From NCBI GenBank assembly GCA_040954595.2, contig CM082579.2:3273127-3337126 (forward strand): a stretch of 64,000 bases of DNA, read 5' to 3'. The notes beneath the pieces were generated by a model that saw only the letters and a program-made list of their open reading frames with translations, was not told the origin of the DNA and did no database searches. The translations under genes and the position numbers were made by a program. Below, piece by piece: positions 1-15,800 of this stretch (within the stretch, counting starts at the first letter, position 1; every line of letters begins with the position of its first letter). Source of the DNA: Balanoglossus misakiensis (Eukaryota > Animalia > Hemichordata).

Positions 1-3000
1 AATTTCAAAACCAGAATAACTAATGCAATTAATACCAGTTTAATAGTCAGACCAAAAGTAAAAGCTATTTCCATCTGGATTTGTTCAGGAAGATTGGGTG
101 GAAAAAGTTTGGTTCTTTCCTGTTGGCTTATCACAAGATAACATCAACTTCCATCATGTATGTGCCCTGATGTCTGACTGATCTTCCTACTTGGTCATTT
201 ATTGAGAGGAACTTCACCAGACTCATCTTGTCCCAAAACCTTCCACCACCACCCCTATTTTCCCATGGGGGGGGGGGGCTCCAACAAATGTCGATGTCTG
301 TTGAGGTCAAGAAACCTAATTTTAGCCACTTCCATGGCATGTTTGAAAATAAACCAAATCGAAGCACTCGCCAAGTGTTGAAAAGATGTTTGCTTGGAAT
401 CACGTCTAGCGATTTAAATCTATGGAGATTTCCTACCCCGGCGATTATTGAATTGGTGTATTTATGTACAGGTCAGTGGCTCAGTGGACTTGGGAGTATC
501 AACGGCCAGTATTACAGCACTGGGGGAATAATGAGATATCTTCATGCAAAGCAAGATCTTGTTTATTTCTGTGATGTAAAGCACACATCCCAGATATTTT
601 AGTATAATTCTGATTGGGCACTTTGAGAGCAACGTTGGTCATGTCCATAATAATATATCCGAGAGTAATTATGCAGTCAGTCTAAATATTTAGAAGTTCG
701 CAAACGTGGGAAGTATGTCAGACTGATGGCAGCCACTGTGATCATCGTGTGGATGCGGTCATCAGTGATGATGCTGCCTGAAGATTGTGTTTGTACAAAC
801 TGATGTACAGATAGGAGTAGCAAATGAAACTCTCATGCAGAACCCAAGTTCAACAATAGTCTGCTTCCATAGACATTTTATAGATGTAATCCAAACATGG
901 CGATATATTTGACTTGCCCTCAAGGATGGCTGGGCGGCTTCTTGAAAAGAACAAACCCCTTGATTGTGGGTATTGATGTGATTTCCGTAGAGTGTACTGT
1001 GACCATGTTGCTATGGTGACGGTTGGGATGACACGCACTTTTGTCAGTGCGCAGCTACCGACAATGAAATGAGAGACAAGTCCTTGGGGTTGTACAGACT
1101 GTGGCATATGGCAGTCAAGGGTCATCCATATGAAAAGAGTTTGTTGAGACACAACAATAGCATTGGCGGAAATCAGACCTCAGGTGTTCCTGTACAATTG
1201 GCTTTATTCTGCCTAGGTCAGCCTTTGGATGGCTGGCAGAAGGGACCTTCCTTGACCAAAAGAAAAATGTATTGTAATTTTGTGATCTGCAGATGCTGAA
1301 AAAATAGTGTCAGTGCGTGGAAGACAATTGGCATCTCGAACGTGATTGATTGGAAAGTTGGATATTGGGGGGGGGGGGGGATGTTTGGTGACCCAAGAGT
1401 GAATCCGAGAACTTCGAAAGTGGACCTCTTAGAACTCCAGAGGGCGCTATGCATAAAATTTATTCTGGGAACTCCCAGAACTTTTAGCAGTGCACATTCT
1501 TGTACATCCAAACACCATGCTGACTGGTGCCGTGTTAACATTTGAAGCATTCTGCAGGGACACACAGAGAGAAAGGGGCACAGTTGTAAATTCTGCGGCA
1601 TCCAAGGTTGTCTGGCTGCTTACATTATAGCCTCATAGTAGAAGCATGAATGAAAATAAACATTTCTGCAGTCAGGGTTATGTCATGTGTGCTGTGTAAA
1701 GGTATACTTTCATTGCCCAATTATGCATCGCTGGACCAGCTGTTGTGAAGATAACTGCGATGACACAAAATCTTTGTATAAAGCACAGAGGTGATGACAA
1801 TTAAAAATGGACATATCATTAATATACTACAGAGGTGTCACCTTTTAAAATAAATATCGGATAGTGCTAGGTACCAACAGCACCCCCCCCCCCCCCATAT
1901 ACACCAACTGCCCGCCCTCTCATCCACCATGGACATGTAACAATCATATACTGACACGATTCCCAGGGAAAAAGACACTCTCAGAGTTTTACATTCATTG
2001 TCTGTCTTTTTGGGGTTATTACATGACAAGTTTACATAATGCGTGCTAATCTCTGCATGTTTTTAAAATGTCAAAACAGTCTGGAAATTTATGGTGGTAT
2101 GCGGGGCAAGGAGAATGGAATTGTCCAATTTTATTGTCGTACTCCGACCTCTCGGAGCAGAGAAGGCAGTCCAACATGTACGGGCCATCTTCTGCGACGT
2201 GTTTGTACGTAGTTCATCAATGTTTAGACTTGTCAGCGTTCATGTTCCCCATTTGTGAAAAAAATATTTCCATTCAGCCGTAATGAAGGTTTCTTTATAA
2301 AAAATGCATGTTTGGTAACTAACGGTCACTGGCTGACTTCTGTACCGCCAATCAGTCGAACCTTTTGCCCAGTAGCCTACTTTTGATGATGACCGGTTGC
2401 CACGGTGACAGACATCCATGCAGTTGTCACAGTTTGACTGTGAGCGGGGAGCAAAGTTATGATTTTCCGGACGAGCCTCTAAATTAAAAAACTCCTGCTG
2501 TTAAGGGTTTTGTCAGTTCAGTTTATGTAACTTTACTGATTGAAATTGGTCCCCTCTTCCTTCTTCAAGCTAACTAAAACATATCCCATCAGCCAGAGAG
2601 AGAGGCCTTCATCCCAGCACCCAGATGGAATGTACATCATCAATCTTGGATGTGCATCGTTGATATTTTAAACAAAACGGGACCTTGCACCACTTCCTGT
2701 GTGCTTGCATGGATCACGGTTTCACTCGATAAAATCACGTCTAGCTGGCATAGCTCAGGGCAGTGTGGAGTCAAGCCCTGCATCAGACATACACACTCAG
2801 TGATCGGTTTGCAAACTAGAACACCAGGACATTCCTTCCATTTGAAGTGTGTCAGCATCTTGGAAACGTTACATGATGCTGCTGCACATAGAAATTCTCG
2901 CACGATTGATTGAAATCACTCGGGGCTGTTATTCTTTTTGGACTGTATCAGTTTTGATACACTGCAAAAGTTATCATTTGTATTTGCCAATTAGTATCAA

Positions 3001-3853
3001 GTTTTGCCACCCAAACACCCAGTATTGTTTATATGTTAGAAAATTCTGTCAAAGGCCAGAAGGTTTGGAAGACAGAGTTCTTGTTAATCCCCGCGAAACT
3101 GATGGAGAAGGGCTGTGTCATAGGTTACAGGGCAAAGGGTTGCATTCTGTAGTCTATAGGTCAGCTGGTGCCTGTCTATTCTGTTCCATGGAATATTTTG
3201 AGTCATTCGATTGAAATGTTCATGTTTCCTCTATGCTATCCCATGATATGCTACACACATAACTATTTGCAACACTAGCAGAGAAACTTTTGTTGGATAA
3301 ACCGATATATTCAGTACGCACAGCCGTATACGGAATGTAAACTTAAGAAAGCACACGTCGCAGTCTGTGTGTGTTGTTATAACATGTTCAAATAACACAG
3401 CACAGTTTTTGAAATAAAATATTGCAAACAGTCTTGGCGCTAAGCTCTTCCAGAATTCCTAGGGTATTGCTCCCTGTGTGGCAAAAAATATTTCTCTTAA
3501 ATCGCCGAATTGTTGCACAATATTATGTAAGTTGCTCCAGCAATATCATAAAAGGCTTTCCCCCCTTGATGCCAAAACATGAAAAACATGATTCAGTTTC
3601 GAAGCAGGTCAGTGACGCTTAACTCAGGGATATTTTGTCAGGTGCACATGACGCATCAACCAAATATGAGAAGAACCATTTCTGCAGTGTGCAACGTTTA
3701 TGTGTTATTTCACCAAAATAGTTATAAATGAGCTCAGTATGTATGTTTACATAAATGATCTGCAGGACTGTCTTCTGTTCGCATTCTTGCGTTTATAATT
3801 GACCAAAAATGACAGATGTGTGACTTTTTTTTTTACTTCTTTTATCTCAACAG

Positions 3854-6800
3854 GCAACAATGTGCTAGCCAACCAGCCGTTCCGTCTCAACTGGGCCTGG
3901 ATTTCATTAGAGAAAGAATATTTCGTCGTAAATGAAACTGATAGGAGTCTGCATGTGAAGCTGTATCGCCGTGGTTACTTAGGGGAAACATCGTTTGTTG
4001 GTAAGTATAGTTGCATGCGTTCAAATTCCAGACATTTGTGTGAGCAGGTCGTGCCCAGCTGGGCATGTAGCTGAACTGCCAAACCCTGAAGTTGCCAGAC
4101 TCTCACTCGACCAATCTGCCGAACTCTCTAGTTCGACAAAGCCATCTAACTCTACCAATAGGCATTCAGTTGTTGCCTTTGCTGTGGCTATTTGATTGTA
4201 AATAAACTGTGAAGACTTCTCGACCTTAGACTGTCGAGTGTTGTGGATTTAATTGTGGTTTCGAGACTGGAGTTACTAGTAGATGGATTCTGCTGAAACC
4301 TTGACCACTTCACAACCTGAAGTGGGGGAATAAACTGCTGATCTCTGGTGTTTATAAGTGTAGATGTTTTGTCTCTGTGAAATACAAATAGTTATTTTGT
4401 TGAGTTGTTGAGAGACACATCCTTGATGTTGGCGTCTTTGTATACAGTCGATCAAAATTGGTACGAGTCGTTTCGGTGTGTTTTCAGTTTAAGGGTGGTC
4501 TTTGATCCTATAGGGGTCATGGATAATTAAAGCATGCTCTTGACATATACAACTGATTGCATTTGACCTCAAATCCCCTCCCCTTAATAAGAGTTTGGAA
4601 GTGAGGAAATGTGATTAACTTACATACACCAAACCTCCACTAAGATAACCTCCAAAGTAAAGTAAATTGAATGTGTCCACAGTTAGTCCATTTCCCAATC
4701 AGGTGGCTCCATTTTGTGCCAACAATTTCAATTTGTAGGTAGAGTATCACTTTTGGTTTCCAAACAAACCGAGCTAATTTTAGGGTAAGGATACCCTCCC
4801 TTGAGGAAACAGGAAATCAGCACATCCGATTCTCCTGCTGGTCTTTAAAAAAAATAATAAACCTAATAATGGAGAGCTGTTTTAAGCCACAATGGTCTCA
4901 AGGAAACCAGTCAACTTGATACCTGTCTGAAGGTAATACGTCCTCGTATACCCCAGGAGAAATTCAAATCACGCTGTAATAGATAGAAGTCCCATTGAAT
5001 TGGCTTTCCTGTTTTGATTACCGTGTGTGTTAGTTCAATTTAGAAGTTAAACTGTTAAGAGATCAAACGCAGAAAATAGGTCCGTGTTTGCACTGGGTGC
5101 GGAAAAGAATCCAATGGAACTCCAGTGGAAAAATAAACCTTGGATTTGTTGGAGTGAAATTGATATTCACCGTTGGCGTTGGAAGAGCCCGGTGGAGTGG
5201 AGTGGGACTGAAGGGAGAATGGCTGGGAACCCGACGGCTATTACAACAATGCAAAACAAACTGGAAGCCTCGTGTAATTTGAAAATCAATTATTGTCTGG
5301 GAATGTTGGACATGTACTGTTAAATTTTCCTGGGAGTTTTGGAGTAGGGGGATGTAGCCTTATTTCCCTGTCGCCAGGCCCACCTACCGTGCAATTGAGA
5401 ATTAACGATTTTTAAATTCTGCACAGTCTCTGTGCAAACAAATAGACAATCAATCAAAATTTAATTAAACTATTTCTCCTTGTAAAACCTCCCAGTTCAA
5501 GTACTCACTGTCATTGGCCCCAACTTATCAGAAATTGCTGTAGAAATTAATCTTTTAAATTCATGATTATTTTTCCACTATCCATAGAGCTGAGCTTTTA
5601 CATGTCAGAACATCTGTAGTGTTTCTGGCACTTTGCCTCTTCATCAATTCCTACCAATGCAGGATTAATATACCACGTTCTCTGATTACTACAGGTATCA
5701 GAACTGAAGATGGCACAGCAACCAAAGGTGAGGACTTCAACGGCAAATCTGCCAGACAGGTACAGTTCAACCCAGGACAGACTGAAGGTACATGGCGGGT
5801 CAAGATCCTCAACGATGATGCGTTCGAACAAACGGAGACATTCAACATTGTCCTTCATGATCCTGTGATGGGAGCCCTGGAACACCCAGACATAGCCATT
5901 GTTGAAATCCACGATTTGGAAGATGGTAAGTCAGTGAAGTAGATCTTTAGGTATTTGACATGTGAGTTCCAGTGAATGTTTCAGGGAGGGGTAGTGCAAT
6001 TTGATTGTGGCTGTGAGATATAAGACCTCATTGGCATAGTGAGTTCATCTTCTGATTATTCCAGCATGAGTTTGCCAGCTCAGTGCATCGGCCTTGACAT
6101 TCAGATGATACTTCATTAAACTTGATTGGGTCAGAGAAAGAAAAGATGGGATTCGCAGGGGTTTGCCACGGCACAGTGCACGGACCTTGACATTCAGACG
6201 ATACTTTGTCAAACTTAATTAGGCAGACTCGGGTCAGAGTGAAAAAAGACGGGGGGACTCCCAACTTTGCCGCTTATCGGGATACCGATCTTTGAGGTGC
6301 AGATGTTGGTGTGTCTGCCAAGGATTATTTGGCGACACAGCCCACCATAGTTGAGATGTTGTCCCTTCTTATTACACAGCCATAGCACCACAAGGACTTA
6401 AGGAAAATATGGATTTGGAATTGATCCAATATGAATGCCACCCAATAATATTTTTATGGGAGGTTTGTCAAAGTTGATGATAACCTCTATTGCCATGGCT
6501 CTGTGTTGACACTGCATGATTGAAGCATGGAAACATTTGGTATAAAGCTGATCACTGCAAGGTCAAAAAAGTTGGCAGAAACCTCTCAATAACCCAGATA
6601 TGTCAGACATGAGTTTCTCTGGATGTAAATCAGCTTTCATTCACATCTCTTTATTATTTCTTTGCCAACAGAGTCTGAGGTCTGCGTTGACTTGCCAGAG
6701 AGCTACGAGATCGAGGAGGACATCGGAGAGCTGCTTATACCAATCAAACGAACTGGTGATCTCTCCAAAGAATTGATGGTCGTGTGTTCGACTATGCCAG

Positions 6801-9800
6801 GTGCGTCCCAGATAATATGCAAATCAGTGTAATATTTGAATTGATTCTCCGTTGTTGACAGTTTTGCACTGAAATGCAGAGTAACATTTTAATTAAACGG
6901 CAAACTTGTGATTATTATTTTGAATTATTAGACACGGCTACAGGCACTAGCCCATCCCCTGTGACGTCCTACTCCGATTACATCAGCCGAGCTGAAGACC
7001 AGAAGAACTTTGTGCGCTTTGGTCGTGATGAGGATTTGGCGTTCTGTCGCGTGGTCATCATTGACGATTCCCTCTACGAAGACGAGGAGAGATTTCAAGT
7101 TAAGCTGAGTATGCCCATGGGTGGACGCCTGTGCGCGTCGCCGACAGTGGACATTGTGATTTTGCCCGATGAAGACGATGGTAAGTGAAGACATTGTCAT
7201 CCAGTGAAGTTGTGTGTGTGGAATGTTGGCTGTGTGTCAGACGTTGAGATAGTTTTTCGGGAATTGTTTGACCCTGTATGAAGAGTGCAGAGATTTGGGA
7301 TTTGGTGTTATTTCAAACAATAATAAATCCTTCTGATGCTTTCTCGTTTGATCTCCCGTAATGAGTACTTGAACTTTAAGAATAGTGAACTATCGCCACA
7401 TATTCAAATTTTTAAATAAACAGAGAAATTGGACTTGTTAGGTCGGGTCACTGTGCTGCAGTTTGAGAGTGTGCAGGAAGGAAACAGAGTGATTAAAATG
7501 CCAGAATTTCAAACCAAGGGAAGTTAATAATTCAATAAATGGTTTGCTCTGCTGGATTACCAGCAGGATGTATGTCCAAAGACTTGTTTAGCAGCCGATC
7601 TGAACTTTTGAAGTCATAGGTTACAATGACTGAAAAATTTGAAAAATCTATCCTGTTGTGATCACATAGAACATTGAAAAATGAATTTACCATATTTGCT
7701 ACCATATTCATAGACAGTTTGTGTTTGCACAGATCAGATAACCACTGAAATTGGGGGAATACTGGGACACAGTAAGTCCTCATAGGAACGTGATGTGTGA
7801 TCAAATAATTTCCTTTATGTAGAGAGTTTGGTGTTTTTAAAGTGGCTGAGGAGATGGACTACGTAAGAGCATGAGTGAGATTGATGTGAAATTAAAAAAT
7901 CCACTCATTTCTGACTCGGCTCAAGTCACTGATCCCAACACTGCCCCCTCTGTAAAGTTACTTGAAAGCACTTTGCTCGGACGGAAAGTGAAAACCTTCC
8001 TTTGTGAAGTCTGCGTGGTGGTTGGGGGGCACGACTGAAAGTGTGGTGTAATTTACCTGTTTGCTCGATAGAGTGGTTGAAGTGAGAGTCAGCAGAGTTG
8101 TAAGCACACACTGGTTGTGGGTCAGATGTCATGCCCCCGTGGGGTGGCTATGATGGTGTCTGACTGGTGCTATTAGACACCAGACTTCTACGGGAATGAA
8201 AGAGACGGAATGAAAGAGAACGGTAGAAGGCAGTTGCCACTGACAACAACGGCCCCCGGTCTTAAGTTGCAGCCCTCACATCCTGTGTTCCCTCCCCGCC
8301 CGTGAAATACAACATCGGGATTTTAATAGGCTTTCAAAGGAGTGGATTTCAGCTGAGCTGTACTGGACTCGTCAATAGGATTTCTGAAACGGCCCCGGTG
8401 GTGTAATGTATCTGTGCACAGAGGTACTGTTGTTCCTTGGGGAACACAGGGCCGGCTATTAAAGTTCTAACTTCCGCGGAAGTTACAAGTACCACCAGTC
8501 CAGTAGCCTTCCCAACTGTTTTCCGACTGGAGTGGTTGTCGTGGCAGAGATTATGTCATGTTGCCCTGCGATAGTGCTAAGAAGAATCGCAAAATAATGA
8601 ACCCCTAAGTAAACTTTCTGCTCTGATAATCCTGTGAGTGAACAGTATACAGCCACCTGCCTTTTCCAAAGATTTGTATCTCTGAAAAAAAGCATTATTA
8701 TATAAATGCTGAGCTCTTGCCTGTGAGGGGTTTAGGAAAAAGACAGAGCATTAAAAAGACTCCTGTCTCCCGATTGTAAAATTGGCCTTCATGGTGATTT
8801 CACCTGTGTGGATAATTGAATTAGCAGTGAATGAGTTGAAAATGAACGTTACGCTGTGTTTAGTGGTCTGTCTGCACATTGACTTTCAACTGTTGATAGG
8901 TAGTCTTAGCAAATTGGCTTACACTTAGCCCCCACTATGTGTGTATCTGCCTCACCTGCTCCCATAACTCCCCCTCCCCCCCCCCCCCCAGTGGCACAGA
9001 AAAAGCTGCAAGCATTGAGCACGTGGGTACCATTTTCATTCCCGGCTCCAGAGACATTGTTAAATTAAGAAGAGAAGCGATAAAATCTTCAGGGTTTGGG
9101 GGGGGAGGCAAGCTGTAAAAGAGCAAGGTGTATCCCTCCAGATTGCATTATGCACAGTGAATTTCACCCTTTGTTCGAGGTGTAAACTCAAGTTTTCTTT
9201 TTTGTAATGAATACCTTCCCCCTCCTGCCCCACAGGTACAGCAGTGAAAGGAGAGTTTCCTGAAGCTCTAATTACAGTGCCACTTGCACATAACAGTTTG
9301 TAATTGCAGAAAATCAAAAAGCTTGTTTTTCGGCATAGCTGTGTAAATTTGCTCCATTGTTTCAGCTTTTTGAGACAGGGTAATGGAGATGTCAGCGCGG
9401 TGTTTTGCTGTGGCTGGACAGAAAAACATTGATTACTGTAATCAAAATAACTTGGAGGTGGACAAAAAAAATCTACTCAGACTGAGTTGGCACAACAAAA
9501 GAACAAAAATAATAGGAATCGCTTTCATGTTAAGAATGCTCAACCGACCGTTTTCTAGTGCAAAATATTTTGCCATACAGCCAGATTCGCCTGTCTGGGC
9601 AAAAAACCTGCATGAACTTTCCCTCCCCAAAACTGTTTTCATTAGACAGCCTTTCTCCAAACAACATTTAATACACTGGAGAGGTGTAATAGAAATTTAG
9701 AACGTGAGGCATGCCTCAAAAGGCTGAAATACCAGGAATGTTTGTCTTTCTGTAAAGTTTGTCTCAAGATCTTTTCATTACTAATCGAGCAGACAGGCCA

Positions 9801-12800
9801 TGCTTCCGTGATGGCAATAATAAAAGCCAGTCAGCCTTTTCCGCCGACACACAATTCAGGCGAAATATTTTTTGTTGTTGAATTTGCGAGAGAAAGAGTA
9901 ATTTAGATGGTTCAGGCTGCACACCCAGTGTGATATATCAAAAGTCACTTGGGGTAGTACTTGAGAGGGCATACCTCAATTCAAAGGACAGTTTTGTAAA
10001 ACCTTTCTAATTTTCACATCTTGGAATCCGATAAAACCCCATAAAGCAGGGAGAATACAGAGAAGGGGGAGTATAAAGACGGCATTGTGTGCAACGGGAA
10101 CCCACAACGGAACCTCCTTGAACTCATGCAAGACTTCCAAGGAATTGTTCCCGGTGTTAATACCGTCATCATTCTTGACACATGCATCAGTATCGGGCTA
10201 AACCTAAACCTGTTTTGTTTTGCCTCCACCTCTTTGTTGCAATTTCACAGTTTACTGAGAAATGAAAAGCCATTGTTCTCCTCAAGTGGCGATCCAAACA
10301 GTTCCCTGTAGAGACTAATCGGTTCTCTGCCCTGGTCGTATTAGGCCTTCCCCATGAAGACCCCCAGAGCTGTGTGCGGCAGCTCCCTGGTGAAAGTAGT
10401 TCCAGGCACAGACCAAACATGATATTTTGACCCAACACATCCATCATTTGCTCCACTTGCTCTGATTGTTTCTTTTAGTGAAAACATTGAAAGTTTAGAA
10501 GGTTTCCTCTGGTGGCACGGGTTGGCAATTTGATCACGGGGCAAAAGTGGGAGTTGTGAGGGCGAGCCAGTCATATACAGTATGCTTTGTGGCGATGAAG
10601 AATACCAAATAGATTTGAGATGGAGAAGGAATGAAAAATAAATGAAAAAAACAGTGGCCCTGTTTCCACAGTTTCCATAAAGAGTTGTCAACTCATTAAC
10701 CAGCTACCCATCATGTTCTCTTCTGTGTGTGTAACCCTCATCTGAATCAAAATCCACTGCTTTTCAAGTGTTTGTAAATATTTGATACTGAAACTGTCAA
10801 ATATTTTCCTAGTTGACTCTCATGAATTTTCGTGCCCTGCAGTCTTTTCCGAGTAATTGCCTGCTCTTTGCAAGTTGCCCTTGTGTCTACATGCTGTAGA
10901 ACTCTCCCATGACCGTAAATGCCTCAGAGAGCCTTCCTCTGCAAATTTCTCTCACAAGACAAGGGCTTCCTCATGATCATATAACAGTGAATTTTTTTTC
11001 TGAAAACTATTCATCTTGACATTCTTGACACGGCTTTGCAACCAGCACTTGGCAAAGATACAACTTCAAGTTCAATAAGGATTACATTAATCACCAGAAG
11101 ATTAGACAATTGCTGTGATGTACTCCCTTTTCCTCTCGATGTTTACATTCTTCCCAAAATGTTTAGACTTCACATTACGTGGTTGATTGTGAGGTTAAAA
11201 CCAAAGACAATGTCCTGATGGGCCCACCTTGGAATGTTGTGAGAGGCAATCTTCAAAGAGCAAACCACCTTGACAAACACGCTTCTTTTCTTTTCTGAAA
11301 TTGCTGTCAAATTGGCTTTGTTCTCTGAAGTCTGGGAACAAAAAAACACTGTAACAGTTTCCCAGTGTTTGAGAATAATGGAAGAATAAACCAAAGCTTT
11401 GTCAGGGAGATATCTGAATGTGTAGTTGTTGCTTTATGATGGTGTTCTGGAATGAGGGATGTAATCGGGTGTGTAATTGTCTTAGTGTTTGACCCAAGAG
11501 ATGAGAACTGCTGGAAAAGAAATATACGTGTATAGGTGTGTGTGTGCGTGCGACTGCGTGTGTGTAAGATATGAGTTTGGTTGGGATATTCCAATGTCAT
11601 TCAGTATAGAATGGGTTTACTTCTGATCCCATGTGTAAAATGAATGAAACCCACGTGTATGTTGAGTCAGCAAGAATTTTATTAAATCCTTTATTGTTTT
11701 TGACAATAAATTCATAATTGAGAGTCTTTTCTTATTTTCTACAAGCACTTCTCAGTGGTTCTATATTCTGATGTTTTGGTCAACTGCCCAGCCCAGCACA
11801 AATTCTAAGCTGTAAAAGTCAACAGAGATACAAATCATAAGCAGTAGATTCAATAATTATGTCATTTTCATTTTTTCAGAACCAACTTTCTACTTTGGAC
11901 AGAGTGAACTTGTTGTGGATGAAGGTGAAGGTTTTGTTGAAATTAGAGTGTGGCGTACAGGAACTGACTTGTCCAAGATGGCTAGTGTTACTGTCAGATC
12001 ACGAAAGTCTGACCCAGAGTCAGCAATTGGTAAGGAAACCTCGTTGTGTGTCAATAATTTTATGTTCTAACTGTGTAACTTTGATTTCCATCATATTCCA
12101 TCCTTGCAAAACCATTCTTCGCTCTGTAATCACGTCCACCAATTGGCCGAAGATGGTGGGCGCCCTCTAGAGGCTACCAGTACCTACACTTGATTTGAGT
12201 CGGAGTGGAACTCATATACTTCACTGAATTTTTGTATGAGTTAGCCCAAAATCAAGACGATTATTTCTCCAGTCATTAAATCTACACCAGTCAAAATTAT
12301 TTGTGTACTAAACTCTCATAATTATATATTAAGTGAGAAAGAGTCCACTCATTGACTAACCCACACTTTCATTGACTAACCATTAACTCTCATTTTCCTG
12401 TTTACTATACCTCACGCTTTACAGACTTGGCAGTCTCAAGGTAGTTCACGTAACAATGTCTTCAGCGCTAATATTACATTATTTTTACGAATACAGATTT
12501 CCTGATAATTGCTTATACAAATGTACTCTTTCTTGTGTAAGTCTGTTGTTGAAGACAGTTCAACTAGTTTAAACAGTGCATGTTGCTGGTTGTGTTTTTT
12601 TTTATCTCATCCAGAGATGTTGATGTGATCAATGACTTTAGCATGTACCTGTATGTATGATAAAATGGTAAACCTCATGAGAATGGTAGTACCAGTAGTA
12701 TGCATGCTTACTATAGGCTCATTGACTTCAAAGATTTTGCGCTAAAACTTACTTTGAAAGTTATTGTCAACCCTAACAGCTGGAGAAGACTACCATGCCA

Positions 12801-15800
12801 TCAGTAAAAATCTGGACTTTGCACCCGGAGTGACCATGCAGACCATCAAAATCACCATCCTGGATGACTTGGGCCAACCGAAACTGGAGGGACCAGAAAC
12901 CTTTGAACTGGTTCTCAGAATGCCTGTTGGTGCCGAGATTGGCCGGCCAGACAAAGCAGTCGTCACCATCAATGATTCTGTCTCTGATTGTAAGTTGTTC
13001 TTTGATTTGCCGTCAGCTTTGTGCCTTCAATATAATTGCTAACTTGACAATCTATATGTAATGGACCATTCCAAGGGGTTTGAATTGTCTGCTGGGTCAT
13101 ACCACAACATCTAAGTATTAAATGTACATGACTTTCATTTTCAGTGCCCAGGATGTCATTCCGTGACCCCACATACGAAGGCTTGGAAAACGACGGTAGC
13201 ATCACAGCCTACATCGTCCGCACCGGTGATATCAGCCAGACATCCTCTGTGAGATGCTACACAAGACAAGGCAGCGCCCAAGTCATGATGGATTATGATG
13301 AGAGACCCAACACTGATGCATCCATTGTCACTTTCCTACCAGGTAAAGTATTAAGATTATTATTATTTCATATGTAGAGGATTCTGATGTAATGCTAGGA
13401 GTCTTAAATCCCAATGCCGATAACTGTGTTTTACTCCTTGTTTGAATAAGATTTTTGTCTGTTTTCCAGGTGAAAAAGAAAAGCCTTGTACAGTTCTGCT
13501 GATGAATGATAATCTGCATGAACCGGACGAAGAATTCAGACTTGTCCTCGGAAACCCCGACAGTGACTCTGCATTGGCAGCTAACATTGGACCTTTGAAT
13601 GAAACTTTTGTCACAATCAAAGATGATGGCGACAGTAAGTGCTATTTCCAGTGATTGAAGACCATTGCTACAATTGACTTACTATGATCTGTGGTGATGA
13701 CTTTGCCAGAGCACCATCATAGCAATGTGTGTTTTGTAATCATGCTAATTTTTCCCCAACCCACAGAACCGATCATCAAGTTTGAAAAGACGACGTTCAC
13801 AGTGGTGGAACCCAAGAGCGAAGACGACGTTGGAATTGTCAGGATTCCAGTCATTCGCATGGGTGACACTTCTCAGACTTCCATCGTGAGAGTCCACACC
13901 AAGGATGGATCTGCCAAGAGTGGTGTTGACTATAACCCATTCTCACAAGGTACGAGTCATTGCCAGATAGTGTGCTTGTCTGGAATACAGCCAGAAAATT
14001 CACTCACTTTTAAACCTGATGGCAGTGTTGTGCTTACTAGTATTAAAAACCGGCACTTTAGGCAATCTTTTAAACATAAAAGAATCATCCCTCTCTTACA
14101 GAGCTTGAGTTTGGCTTCAATGTGTCTCGGCACATCATTGAAGTGGAAGTCTTGTACGACCCAGAAGGAGGTGCCAGGGAATCCTTCACAGTCCATTTGA
14201 AAATGGATGAAAATATGATTGCAGAGACTCAGGTAAGTCTCCAGACTATATCTGGTTGATCAAAGACGGATAAACCACTATGCAGTGACAGAAGGGTTTA
14301 CCCACCACAAGGTGACTTTTGAAGATTGTGAGAAACTTCAATGACAGTTTTATGTGTTTCTTTCCGCAGATGGATAAAGCGATTGTCTACATCACAGACA
14401 CCGAGAGTAACGCTGATGTCACATTCCCCTCGCTTCCCGAAGTTGTTTCGCTGATAAACTACGACAATACAGAAAACAAACCTGATGCACCAATAACTGG
14501 TTATCCCCTTGTGTGTGTTACAGTGAGTATGATGTTTTCTGAAATAGATGTTTTCTATCAACAGAATGTACATGTAGGTTAGAGTCAGTTTAATGTTATC
14601 GCATCAGCCTTAACTATTGTGAATATTATTTTGAACTTTTCCAGCCGTGTAACCCCAAGTACAGTGACTATGCCCAGACTGGATCACTGTGTTCATCACA
14701 GAACATCAACGACACATTGTCTCAGTTCAGGTGGAGAGTTTCAGCTCCAAGTTCAGCCAGCGGTGTCTCCAATCCTCTGAAAGACGTAGAAAGTGACACT
14801 TTCTTCACTTCCACCAAACAGGTGAGACAAAAAAATTGCATTCCACACTCAGTTAATATGATGCTTTGCACTCATTTGTGTCAGTGATGGGAATGACACA
14901 GAAAATTGTTTTCCCAGCATACGAAGTGTCCTGTGCTAAATGGTCAATTTTTGTGTCCACCGCAGATTACTTTGGACAGCATTTACTTCGGACCGGGATC
15001 TCGAGTGGTGTGTGTGGCCAGAGCAGTAAACACCAATGGTGACCTGGGATTGGAGCTGGACAGTCCCGTGGTGACCATCTCGTCCAATCAGGGACTGTGC
15101 CCACCGAGAGTGGAAGGGGCTGTAGGAGCCGAACCATTCACTGCCAAACTACAGTACACAGGTCCAAATGACCCAGAACATCCCAACCTCATCCAAGTGA
15201 CAGTCAGCTTACCCCATACTGGTAAGTCTACAGTGTTGATCAATTACAAAATATTTTTGAAGCCCCTATATATATCAATACTAAAGAAGGCATTCTAACA
15301 TTTTTGAGTCTGAAATTACTCTGGAATTGTAAGGATTTCGCTGTTTCTCCCAACAGACGGTATGTTGCCGGTCATCTCCACACGACAGCTGTCCAACTTT
15401 GAGCTGACGCTGAGCAAAGACGGTTCAAGAGTGGGCATCCACCGATGCTCCAACTTGCTGGACTTCAGCGAGGTCAACACTCGCTTTGGCTTTATCAGCC
15501 AAGAGACCAAGAACCCCAATGTGGTCGGGGAGGTGGAACCCTACCAGTTCAACTCGGACCTGCGTGGGGAGAAGACACTGCGCTTCTACCGCAATCTGGA
15601 TCTGGAGGCTTGTCTTTGGGAGTTCAGTGGTTTCTACGATATGTCCGAATTGCTCACCGACTGCGGTGGTAACATCGGTACTGACGGCCAGGTGCGTGTT
15701 ACCATACATCTTGTGTTTGACCCCTTGAACTGTGATATCTTGTCTAAACCAAACCCTCTACTATGGTGAAATATCTCTACAAGTAGAAAATATCTAGGTT

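Noticed and set aside
1-3853. Short ORFs in the first 3.8 kb and in intron 7181-11879
   Set aside because: No recognisable domains or consistent splice frames; interpreted as FREM2 intron.
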